Shown piece after piece: positions 47,241-56,317 of a DNA stretch of 64,000 nucleotides. This DNA is from a virus. The stretch lies in the IMG/VR virus record IMGVR_UViG_3300049893_002454, positions 61,546 through 125,545 of that record. The stretch is one strand, 5' to 3'. Made by a program: the position numbers and the translations under genes. How positions within the stretch are numbered: the first letter of the stretch is position 1; each line of letters starts with the position of its first letter. The notes under the pieces are model-generated. The model had not been told where the DNA came from. It saw only the letters and a program-made list of their open reading frames with translations, and did not search any database.

Positions 47241-49060
47241 TTTCATTTGTAGGAACCAAGGCCGTTAATGGTGAAAGCACCACTACTTATGTAGGAGGAT
47301 CGGTTGCTCTGAATGCCGATAATGTGCTAGAGGGGTCAAACTCTGTAGGAGATAAAGTCTCTGCCGCTACCGTGACTACCTATGCATTAGGTGCTGCTGT
47401 TACCGGCGAGCCTTTCAACTTCTCTTCAGGAGGGGCAAATCAATTTGATCACATATTTATGATCACTCAATTGCAGGGCTCAGTTGATACGCTTGCAAAT
47501 GGTGGGGTTGGAATTGTGGTGGCGGATGATCTTGCTACTGATAGTGTTGGAACGTGGTATGTTGGTCCCAAATCAGGGTATCTAGGTGGCTGGGTATATT
47601 ATGTTATAAATCCAGCAAGGGCTTTCGACACAGTCACTGCCGGCTCTGCTTCCTGGACGACAACTGGAAATCCTGCTCAATTATCAGGAGTAGATGGATT
47701 GGGTGTAAGGTGGAAGATTCTTAATACAATAATGGGTGCGTCAGATAATTGCTTCTTAGACGTTATGTCTGTTGGTACTGGTTATAGTATAACTAATGGC
47801 GATGCAGGGTCAGCAGAAGGTAAATTTAGTGATTTCTCGACATATGAGGAGTCGTCTTCAAATCGCTATGGCGCACTAGAGACCAAATCCGGAATTCTAT
47901 TCCCGCTATGCAAATTATATATAGGAGCATCATCGGGTTCAACTAATACCGAATTTATCGATAGTGGGTTTACTGTAGTGTGGCAGGATGCATATGTAGC
48001 TAGTGACTTCTATGGTCTCATATGTCGGCAAGGGACCGGCACGACAGACGTTCAGTTATCTAGTGGTATATTTAAGGCTGCCGGCTCTACTGAGGTATAT
48101 CTTGATTTTTCCGGAGTAGCAAATGTAGATTTGACTAATATAAATGTTGAAAGGGCAAGATTAATTGATCTGGATGTGAACTGTACCTGGACTGGTGGGC
48201 AAGTAGTTAATTCTGGTATGGTTGAGCTATTCGGCGCGGCGGCTATAACGGCTGTAGACTTCCTGAGATGCACTGATGGATACCAATTAAAGATTACAAA
48301 TAATTCTTATATGGATAATGTAGACAATATATCGTTTACCTCTGGCGGTACAGGACATGCTATATGGATTACTGCCACTGGAACATATTCATTTGATAAT
48401 ATCGTATTCTCTGGTTATGCTGGTTCCGATGGATCTACTGGAAATGAGTGTGTATTTAATAATAGTGGAGGAAGTATTACGATAAATGTAAATGGTGGTA
48501 CATCTCCGACTATACGCAATAGTGCAGGTTCAAGTACGACTGTAAATGCCGGATCAGTGTCAGCTACCGTTACTGTAGTAGACACAACTATCACTCCCAT
48601 TCAGTCGGCTAGAGTCCTGGCATTAGCCGCCTCAGGCGGGCCAATGCCATTCGATGTTACAGTTACTATAGTGAACTCTGGCACTACGGCAACTGTAACG
48701 CATACGAGTCACGGATTAAGTACTAATGATAAGGTTCAGATAAAGGGTGCTAGTCATTATCAGAACAATGGGGTATTTTCTATAACCAAAACAGATAATA
48801 ATACCTATACGTATACGATGCCATCTGCACCGGGAAGTAATCCTACAGGTACTATCAAAGCAACATTTGCTGTATTATCAGGAATGACTGATATTAATGG
48901 ACAAATTACAATGTCAAGAGTATTCCCATCAGATCAGCCAATTGCAGGTAAGGTGAGAAAATCAACCTCGTCCCCACTATATAAAACCACTACATTTGTA
49001 GGAACAGTTGATAGTTCTACTGGACTTACTGCGACTTTGCAAATGATTTCTGATGAATAA
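47225..49060 (+). CDS. virion structural protein (611 aa)
   Basis: GGAG RBS; beta-rich; TATVTHTSHGLSTNDKVQI..NGVFSIT module common in tail proteins. Confidence 0.7.
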   Translation: MAAPVVSFVGTKAVNGESTTTYVGGSVALNADNVLEGSNSVGDKVSAATVTTYALGAAVTGEPFNFSSGGANQFDHIFMITQLQGSVDTLANGGVGIVVADDLATDSVGTWYVGPKSGYLGGWVYYVINPARAFDTVTAGSASWTTTGNPAQLSGVDGLGVRWKILNTIMGASDNCFLDVMSVGTGYSITNGDAGSAEGKFSDFSTYEESSSNRYGALETKSGILFPLCKLYIGASSGSTNTEFIDSGFTVVWQDAYVASDFYGLICRQGTGTTDVQLSSGIFKAAGSTEVYLDFSGVANVDLTNINVERARLIDLDVNCTWTGGQVVNSGMVELFGAAAITAVDFLRCTDGYQLKITNNSYMDNVDNISFTSGGTGHAIWITATGTYSFDNIVFSGYAGSDGSTGNECVFNNSGGSITINVNGGTSPTIRNSAGSSTTVNAGSVSATVTVVDTTITPIQSARVLALAASGGPMPFDVTVTIVNSGTTATVTHTSHGLSTNDKVQIKGASHYQNNGVFSITKTDNNTYTYTMPSAPGSNPTGTIKATFAVLSGMTDINGQITMSRVFPSDQPIAGKVRKSTSSPLYKTTTFVGTVDSSTGLTATLQMISDE

Positions 49061-49069
49061 GGATTATTT

Positions 49070-49300
49070 ATGGATGATTTTGATAAGAAGGTAGTGCAGA
49101 TAGAGGTCGACAGAAAAAATACTGCGGCAGTCATACAAGCATTGGATGAGTTACGCAGTACGTGTCAGACGCAGCAGGAAAGAATTGACGGATTAATTTC
49201 AACAGTGTCTACCTTGCATCAGCGAATGTTAGAGCTCGAACAGCTCGTTCGTGTACAGAAGGCAATGACGTTTGGTAGTGGACCATCAGTAAGGACATAA
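49070..49300 (+). CDS. small coiled-coil protein
   Basis: AAGGA RBS; heptad pattern. Confidence 0.65.
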   Translation: MDDFDKKVVQIEVDRKNTAAVIQALDELRSTCQTQQERIDGLISTVSTLHQRMLELEQLVRVQKAMTFGSGPSVRT

Positions 49301-49301
49301 T

Positions 49302-50006
49302 ATGGCGATTATAACTAGGGCCTCTAAAGGTTCTGCTCTTTCACATGCTGAGGTAGATAATAATTTCACTGAGTTGGATGAGATCCCTAATGGAAAGACC
49401 TTTCCAAAAACACAGAATGTTGGTATTAAGGTCGACATTGACGCTCCAACATTTCCATGGGTAGATTTAGTTGGAGAAATAGGAATCAACACTGGTGCCC
49501 CAAACCCAGCATCGCAAGAATTATATATAAATGGGATCTATCAGATTAAGTTTGATGAAGATGACGCTGCATTTGTGAATTTTCACCTACCACATGACTA
49601 TGTAGTCGGAAGTGAGCTCTACATGCACATTCATTGGTCTCATACGAGTACTGTTGTAACAGGGGGATCCGTGACATTTGGCATTGAGATGACATATGCT
49701 AAAGGACATAACCAAGCAGCATTCTCATCTACCTCAACTCTAAGTATTGCACAAAATGCCTCAACTACTCAGTACCAGCACTTAATCGCCGAAGCTCAAG
49801 CCTCTACAGCGGGAGGATCTCCGACTGCTATAAATACTTCGCTATTGGAGCCAGATGGCCTTATCTTATGTAGAATTTTTTTAGACAGCAATGACATCAC
49901 CACAAGTGATATGAGCGTCGTAGCGCCATTTATCCACTTCGCTGATATACATTATCAATCTACAGGCATAGGAACTAAGAATAAAACTCCTTCATTTTGG
50001 GGATAG
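49302..50006 (+). CDS. structural protein with fibre-anchor-like N-terminus
   Basis: TRASKGSALSHAEVDNNF motif; AAGGA RBS. Confidence 0.65.
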   Translation: MAIITRASKGSALSHAEVDNNFTELDEIPNGKTFPKTQNVGIKVDIDAPTFPWVDLVGEIGINTGAPNPASQELYINGIYQIKFDEDDAAFVNFHLPHDYVVGSELYMHIHWSHTSTVVTGGSVTFGIEMTYAKGHNQAAFSSTSTLSIAQNASTTQYQHLIAEAQASTAGGSPTAINTSLLEPDGLILCRIFLDSNDITTSDMSVVAPFIHFADIHYQSTGIGTKNKTPSFWG

Positions 50007-50009
50007 TAA

Positions 50010-51209
50010 ATGTCAGTACTTTATGTAGATAATAATTATTGGGAAGAAGGGTATGCTCAGACCGGGATTACCATCGACTGGGATGATAAGATCATCTTTA
50101 TTCCTCGTTCATATATGCTTGAGATTCAGTCGACACCAACAGAAATACGACAACTTGATCTCAATCAATTTAGACTTGAGTTAAAAGACCTAGAAGATGA
50201 GGTCGACGGGATATCTTTTCTTGATACACACAATCACTCTCCCCCTGTCACTGTAGGTGGCGTCACATTGGCTAGAGTTATTGAAATTATAAATGGATAT
50301 ACTATCACTTTTGAGGATGGCCAGTATGCTGTCAACTTATTAGGTGCAAATTCTAATGTAGCGGACATAACTAATGTAAATCAGGTGTCTGTGCGATCAG
50401 CGAATTCTGCTGGTCTTACAGATCTTGGTTCGCTACAGAGCAGTGCATATAGCGGAGGTGTTGCTATAGATACTAATAGTATTTATAGCGGGACTAACTT
50501 TCCTATGGGTACAAGAGGATTCCCTGTTAATAACATGGATGACGCAATCTCAATTGCAACGGCAAGAGGTCTTAAGACTATATATGTAACAAAAGATCTG
50601 TACCTGCTGTCTGGTTCATACTCTACTCATCAGTTTACATTCGTAGGGAATAGTATTCATACTATCATGTATATAGGTGAGAGTGCAGATGCTGGATACT
50701 GTGAATTTCAGAATCTTACATTATCAGGATATCTCGATGCTGGGACTTTGATGCGCGAGTGTGTTGTGACGAATACCGTGATTAGCAACAGCACTATGTT
50801 TACGTCGGCTTTAGTTGGCCCAATCACTTTTCAAGGCAACCAGCAATGCACTATGTTGCAGTGTTTTTCTGCATTACCAACTCCAATTACATTAGACTTT
50901 AATGGTGCCAGTAGTGGCTTGATTTGTATTATTCGTGGTCTTATTGGAGATATTAATATTATTAATTGCTCTCAGCCGGTTATTGCTGATATTGGGCTAT
51001 CGCCTGGTATAATATCATTAGATGCTAGCGTAACAGTAGGGGTATTTAATATTCATGAAGAAAGCATTATATCGAATAGCAGCACGGCTACTGTAAATGA
51101 CAGCACAGTGTTTAAGCATACTGCTGATATTAATTGGGGATTAAACACATCTGCTATATCCTCTCCGGGATCTATAGGTGAAAAGATACGTAAGAATTTA
51201 TTAAGGTGA
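50010..51209 (+). CDS. structural protein, possible beta-helix
   Basis: 399-aa ORF; GTRGFPVNNMDDAI then repetitive beta pattern. Confidence 0.65.
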   Translation: MSVLYVDNNYWEEGYAQTGITIDWDDKIIFIPRSYMLEIQSTPTEIRQLDLNQFRLELKDLEDEVDGISFLDTHNHSPPVTVGGVTLARVIEIINGYTITFEDGQYAVNLLGANSNVADITNVNQVSVRSANSAGLTDLGSLQSSAYSGGVAIDTNSIYSGTNFPMGTRGFPVNNMDDAISIATARGLKTIYVTKDLYLLSGSYSTHQFTFVGNSIHTIMYIGESADAGYCEFQNLTLSGYLDAGTLMRECVVTNTVISNSTMFTSALVGPITFQGNQQCTMLQCFSALPTPITLDFNGASSGLICIIRGLIGDINIINCSQPVIADIGLSPGIISLDASVTVGVFNIHEESIISNSSTATVNDSTVFKHTADINWGLNTSAISSPGSIGEKIRKNLLR

Positions 51210-51215
51210 GGTATT

Positions 51216-52034
51216 ATGGATAATCTTAAATTAGTCCTGTCCGGCTCAGGAACTCCATACCCAGTGCATGTTGGTGCTATAATTTGTTTAGCGGAGCATG
51301 GACTGGTATTTAATGAGGTAGTTGGCACGAGCGGGGGCGCTATCGTAGCTTCGCTTCTAGCTTCAGGTTATAAACCAAATTATGAACTAATAGACTTAAT
51401 GAAGAAGACTATTCCAATTAAAAATAAGTTATATGATCCTTCCATATGGTCTCTCTTATCAAAATGGGGATTTATAAAGGGTGATAAGATTGAGCGTATG
51501 CTAGATAAATATCTGGTTAAAAAGCTAAAGGACACTAAGATCCCTCTGCATATCGTAACATGCAATATTGATCAAAGAAAGATGAGAGTATTCTCCACAG
51601 CAACAGATCCAAATATGGATATCTCACTTGCAGTAAGAGCTAGCATGTCAATTCCTGGTGTATTCGTGCCAGTGGTGATAGATGGTGAGCGATATGTGGA
51701 TGGTGGACTAGCTGGTAATTTTCTTATAGATCATTTTAAGGCAGATGATATGGTAATAGGCATTAGAATTAGATCAGTGCATGACAAACATAATAAAATT
51801 TCTAATGCATTTGATTACACAAGTGCTGTTGTAGATACGATGCTTGAAGCTATGGTAGATGAGAGATTAGAGGATGCTAAGAATACTCATGTTATTACAA
51901 TAAATACTAAACATAATAGTTTAAATCTAGTTATGACAGAAGCAGATGTGTTAGATATGATTTCTGAAGGGTATAATGCTACTACATTGTGGCTGAGGAA
52001 GAATAAGAGAATATTTCCCCCGCGATCTCAGTGA
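51216..52034 (+). CDS. patatin-like phospholipase
   Basis: LVLSGSG, GTSGG (GxSxG), ASMSIPGVF and YVDGG motifs; GAGGT RBS. Confidence 0.9.
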   Translation: MDNLKLVLSGSGTPYPVHVGAIICLAEHGLVFNEVVGTSGGAIVASLLASGYKPNYELIDLMKKTIPIKNKLYDPSIWSLLSKWGFIKGDKIERMLDKYLVKKLKDTKIPLHIVTCNIDQRKMRVFSTATDPNMDISLAVRASMSIPGVFVPVVIDGERYVDGGLAGNFLIDHFKADDMVIGIRIRSVHDKHNKISNAFDYTSAVVDTMLEAMVDERLEDAKNTHVITINTKHNSLNLVMTEADVLDMISEGYNATTLWLRKNKRIFPPRSQ

Positions 52035-52078
52035 TCTTATAGATCGGTTTTTTCGCAAAAGTATTTAATATCTTGGAC
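52008..52078. repeat. about 70-bp imperfect direct repeat, copy 1
   Basis: AGAATATTT.CC.CCGCGATCTC.GT.ATCTTATAGATCGGTTTTTT.GCAAAAGTATTTAATATCTT.GAC. Confidence 0.9.
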
Positions 52079-52280
52079 GTAGAACTATTATCTTAGATGT
52101 TATCGATTAGTACTTATATGGACTCATACGTGTGTGGCGTAGGTTGTTTAGAAGTAGTGTCACGAAACGCGTTTATATCGAATATGAGGCATCTCTGACA
52201 GCTGAATGTACCAATCGTAGATCACAAAAAGACGAGGCTCATAAGGCAAATAAACTCGTAGAATTATATAGAATACTTAG

Positions 52281-52330
52281 TAATAGGAAGTAATAGGAAG
52301 TAATAGGAAGTAATAGGAAGTAATAGGAAG
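52281..52330. repeat. 10-bp tandem repeat TAATAGGAAG x5
   Basis: Five perfect copies in non-coding DNA. Confidence 0.97.
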
Positions 52331-52362
52331 TAAAGACTTGGATCGCCCTATGCATTTGTCTA

Positions 52363-52434
52363 AGAATATTTTCCTCCGCGATCTCGGTTATCTTATAGAT
52401 CGGTTTTTTTGCAAAAGTATTTAATATCTTTGAC
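52363..52434. repeat. about 70-bp imperfect direct repeat, copy 2
   Basis: Matches 52008-52078 with a few substitutions and one indel. Confidence 0.9.
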
Positions 52435-52521
52435 ACCAAACATTTATCATAATAATATTAAAAATCTCGAATAAAACCACAACTGTCTTAACGAATGTAA
52501 TTATACTCAGAGGTGCCGAGG

Positions 52522-52740
52522 ATGAGTGTTGACGAACAGATTTTAAATGAGTTGAAGCAAATAAATATAACACTATCAAAACTAGTATATATACTAGATC
52601 ACAAATCATCTAATACTCAGACACATGGTCAACCTACAAAAGATCAATTTATGATAGATATAGAAGAAAGAATAAGAAAAGCCAGAAGCGAAGCAGAGGC
52701 AAAGATGAATAAGCTCAAAGCTGGCACCCTAGGATTGTAA
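52522..52740 (+). CDS. small hypothetical protein
   Basis: GAGG upstream; helical; ORF track starts at 52513. Confidence 0.55.
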   Translation: MSVDEQILNELKQINITLSKLVYILDHKSSNTQTHGQPTKDQFMIDIEERIRKARSEAEAKMNKLKAGTLGL

Positions 52741-52743
52741 GCA

Positions 52744-54540
52744 ATGATTAAACCGTTTCAGTCAGGCCTGGTGCCACTTGGTCATTTTGATTTTGATGAT
52801 ACTCAACTAAGCCTATTGAAAGGCGGAGAAGTAGTAGTTCTTGATAAAAAAGAAGTATCTGTTGTTGAAAAAACAGCAACGGACGTTTATGTTGATACTG
52901 ACAGGACCGGATTTAGATTAGCTAATGAAGCCGACATAGGCCCATTTTTCTTTACAGATCCAGGGACAAATGGTGGAGGATTTTCTAATATAGCGGCAGA
53001 AAGAACATCTCTCTTCTCCACTGGTCATGGTGTCATTACATACGAGCAAGCTAGCAGTAAAGCTACAGTATGGGGGACCGAAGGGTTCTATACCATCAGT
53101 ATAGACGCAATAGATCCTACAATAGACGACACGCTACTTCCAAATACAGAGTTATATGTAAGTGAAGATGGGCAACTAACTATAACTCCAAGTTCTAGCG
53201 GAAGAATTGTAGGTTACTTTATTGAGTATAGAAAAAAAAGCGTAGTAGCGAATAGGCTATACACAATGCCTGGCACTGAGATAAATACAGACGTTGTCGT
53301 GGTTTATAAATTAAATGCAGATGGATATAATGCTAACAGTGCTGGTACCACTATAGACCCAGATTCACTTACATTAGGTCAGCCTACAGATGGATACTTC
53401 TCAGACGGATATTTTAATTTCACATCAACAACGAGGATTGCCGATGCAGTTGATGAGATTTCAGAGCATATTCTAAGTATATCCGGCGGTGCAAATACAG
53501 CATTATCAAATTTAGGTCCAACATCGATAAATCAAGATCTATTGCCAGATACAGACGCAACTCACTTATTAGGGTCTCCAACACTAAGATGGAAAGATGG
53601 ATACTTTGGGCCGACATCACTACATATTGTAGGAACAGCAGCTGAAGTAGGAATTGAGACTGATTGGAGATTGGGCTTAAATAGTAGCGGGTCATTTACT
53701 GTATCGAATAATTCAGATTCACTTATCATAACACCAGACGGCTATGTTGGTATATCAAAAATTCCAACAGCACATTTAGACATATCAGGATTTATAAAGA
53801 CCGATTCAGGAATTATACTGTCTGACAACTCAGTAATATCAGATATGGAATCTATACTGCCATCACAAAGTGGCAATGCCGGAAACTTTCTTTATACAGA
53901 TGGAAGTACGACTTCTTGGCGAGGAATCCGCGCATCAGATATATTGGCCCAGTTTGCAATATCCACATTTGCAGTGACATCTGCCACTAGAGAGGTGGGA
54001 GAGTCGGTTAGTCCAGCTAGCTTCACGGCTACCTACAACAGGACGCCGGCCTCAGCTATACTGACAGATAATAATGGCTCAAGCGCTGTAGATGTAACAT
54101 CAACTCCAACAGCATTTAACTCTGCCGGACCATTCGTCAAAACAACAAATAATAGCTCTGTAATATTTACACTTACAGCAAATGATGGAGTAGATCCAAA
54201 CTCAGTGCTAACTTCAACTATGAGATGGAGACCTCGCGTGTACTATGGAATAGGGGTAGATGGCATTTCTACCGAAGCTGGCATAGAAGGACTGCCCAGT
54301 TACCAGTTGCTTGCAACTAAAGCACTTACATTTACGGTTACTGCCGGAGCAACCGACCACATATACTATGCCGCTCCAAGCTCATACGGAACGCCTACAT
54401 TCACAGTTGGTGGATTTTCTGGTGGATTTACTTTAGTCGGAACTATATCCGTGACGAATATATATAGCGTAACCCAAGACTATGTATTATATAAGTCTAC
54501 AAATGCAAACTTGGGTAATACAACAGTGGTGGTGACTTGA
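52744..54540 (+). CDS. decoration-like domain fused to fibre modules (candidate head fibre)
   Basis: N-terminus PLGHFD.DD......GGEV like 34961; ANTALSNL...RWKDGYFGP fibre module; 5 DGY. Confidence 0.7.
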   Translation: MIKPFQSGLVPLGHFDFDDTQLSLLKGGEVVVLDKKEVSVVEKTATDVYVDTDRTGFRLANEADIGPFFFTDPGTNGGGFSNIAAERTSLFSTGHGVITYEQASSKATVWGTEGFYTISIDAIDPTIDDTLLPNTELYVSEDGQLTITPSSSGRIVGYFIEYRKKSVVANRLYTMPGTEINTDVVVVYKLNADGYNANSAGTTIDPDSLTLGQPTDGYFSDGYFNFTSTTRIADAVDEISEHILSISGGANTALSNLGPTSINQDLLPDTDATHLLGSPTLRWKDGYFGPTSLHIVGTAAEVGIETDWRLGLNSSGSFTVSNNSDSLIITPDGYVGISKIPTAHLDISGFIKTDSGIILSDNSVISDMESILPSQSGNAGNFLYTDGSTTSWRGIRASDILAQFAISTFAVTSATREVGESVSPASFTATYNRTPASAILTDNNGSSAVDVTSTPTAFNSAGPFVKTTNNSSVIFTLTANDGVDPNSVLTSTMRWRPRVYYGIGVDGISTEAGIEGLPSYQLLATKALTFTVTAGATDHIYYAAPSSYGTPTFTVGGFSGGFTLVGTISVTNIYSVTQDYVLYKSTNANLGNTTVVVT

Positions 54541-56030
54541 TGCCAGTAGAGATTATTGATTATGTGTACCCGAAGAATAACGGCACCTTTCCAACTCACG
54601 ATGCAGCATACGGAAAAGGGGGGTATCTATCAGTAGCGGACGTTACTGCCAGAAATGCAATAGCAACTGCCCGCAGAACAGAAGGTATGCGCGTACGCAC
54701 AAATGACACTGGAATGGAATGGATACTAACATCTGATTTGCTTACCTGGGTACAGGCGCCAGGAAGTACACGGCAAGACATTATTTCAATGGCCGGCACT
54801 GTGATTGATATATATGTTGATATAAGTGGTGATGACGGGTACGACGGACTTTCGTATGCAACAGCATACAGGACTATTCAAGCAGCAATAGATTCGATAC
54901 CAGAGAATCTCTATACTATTTATGGCAAAAGTGTAAATGTACATCTTGGTACAGGAACATTTAGCAAATTCACGCTAAATAAAAAAGGTGTCTATATTAA
55001 AATTATAGGTGACAGAAGAAGCCCTTTAGAGACATGGGAATATGGAAGTAAGTCATTTTCAATAGTCAGCGGATACACTCACAGAGCGAGTACCACCATA
55101 TCTGCTTGGACAGGAACAGTAGATGAGACTACACATTGGTTAGAACTAGATTACTCATCATATGGTGGTCCAACAGATAATATCTCAGCATTATGTGTAC
55201 TCAACAGCACGAGCCCAACATTGCATGCTACGGCAGGGTTCACCGGAGATGACAGTATAGCACTACATCCCTTTCTATCAACTATAGATGATGAAGGAAA
55301 CCAATTTGAATTGTATGCCGATGATACATCAAAAATTGAACTAATAGGTGTTAAAATATTAAGCTCGAATGCTACATACTTTAAAAGAGTACTTATGTGG
55401 GGATGTTACTATTATAATACAATTGGAGCACTATATTTATTAGGATATAGCGGAGGTTCTATAACATTTGACGGCACCTCCAGCAACTCAGGAAGTGTGG
55501 TAATCGTAGATGGATTTTTAACAGGATGCGTCATAAGACAAAGGGCCTTAACGGTAAACTCATATGGCGGTACATTATTAGCATCAATTAGCAGTATAAC
55601 AGTAAAAGGGGCATTTACAGCTGCAGGCATAGTGATCGAGTCGCGCTGTAATATCAGTGATATAGATAATGAGACGCAGCGTCAGGGTATTACAGTACAA
55701 TATGATGGTATCTTGGAGATGACAAATGCTGGTAATGGCATAAAAATACAGGGGACCCCAACCAGGGCATTAACAGTAAATGATGGTGCAATAGTTAAAT
55801 TAATAAATAATGCCAGCAGACGATTTTCAGGAGCCATTGCCGGAGTACCGGTAGTTATTACCAGTGGTACCGTAATAAATGCAAAGGCATGCTGCAATAC
55901 ATTTCTAACAAATAGCTCTACACCAGGAAATGAAATAACAGTTGGGGCAAATGCTACTACAACCTTTGCTGCTCAGCCAACAACTGATCTAGCACTGGGA
56001 AATACATCAACAATGTCGAGGGCCACATGA
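54540..56030 (+). CDS. tailspike / beta-helix-like structural protein
   Basis: DIYVDISGDD..DGLS.ATAYRTIQAAID motif typical of beta-helix spike N-termini. Confidence 0.65.
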   Translation: MPVEIIDYVYPKNNGTFPTHDAAYGKGGYLSVADVTARNAIATARRTEGMRVRTNDTGMEWILTSDLLTWVQAPGSTRQDIISMAGTVIDIYVDISGDDGYDGLSYATAYRTIQAAIDSIPENLYTIYGKSVNVHLGTGTFSKFTLNKKGVYIKIIGDRRSPLETWEYGSKSFSIVSGYTHRASTTISAWTGTVDETTHWLELDYSSYGGPTDNISALCVLNSTSPTLHATAGFTGDDSIALHPFLSTIDDEGNQFELYADDTSKIELIGVKILSSNATYFKRVLMWGCYYYNTIGALYLLGYSGGSITFDGTSSNSGSVVIVDGFLTGCVIRQRALTVNSYGGTLLASISSITVKGAFTAAGIVIESRCNISDIDNETQRQGITVQYDGILEMTNAGNGIKIQGTPTRALTVNDGAIVKLINNASRRFSGAIAGVPVVITSGTVINAKACCNTFLTNSSTPGNEITVGANATTTFAAQPTTDLALGNTSTMSRAT

Positions 56031-56236
56031 AGATAGATATGGGAAACCCAAGAACTAGGATAGTGTATAATTTAATACTAAAAGATTTTGTCAAAACAGG
56101 AAGTACAGTTGCTGAGAAAAAGCATAAAATAGCAGAATTTATAGTCTCGGCAGATATTAGTCAATTAGTTGATGAGTATCCTGAAGCTGAAATGATTAAG
56201 AAAGCAGCAGAGGAATATCTTAGTATAGATGAGTGA
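56027..56236 (+). CDS. small hypothetical protein
   Basis: ATGA overlap; GAGG RBS. Confidence 0.55.
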   Translation: MKIDMGNPRTRIVYNLILKDFVKTGSTVAEKKHKIAEFIVSADISQLVDEYPEAEMIKKAAEEYLSIDE

Positions 56237-56273
56237 CGGGATTTCTAATTCATACATAATGGCCATACATAGG

Positions 56274-56281
56274 TACTAATA
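56274..56281 (+). promoter_or_regulatory. TACTAATA motif, candidate phage late promoter
   Basis: Intergenic, about 37 nt upstream of 56318. Confidence 0.5.
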
Positions 56282-56317
56282 AATAACACATATACCAGTT
56301 AGCTTACCTGGGGTTCT

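Noticed and set aside
52050-52078. dif-like Xer site (TTCGCAAAA-GTATTT-AATATCTT)
   Set aside because: Only loose resemblance; the XerD arm TTATGTTAAAT is not matched
52281-52434. Possible CRISPR array
   Set aside because: The 10-bp units have no spacers, the long repeat has only two copies, and no cas genes are present
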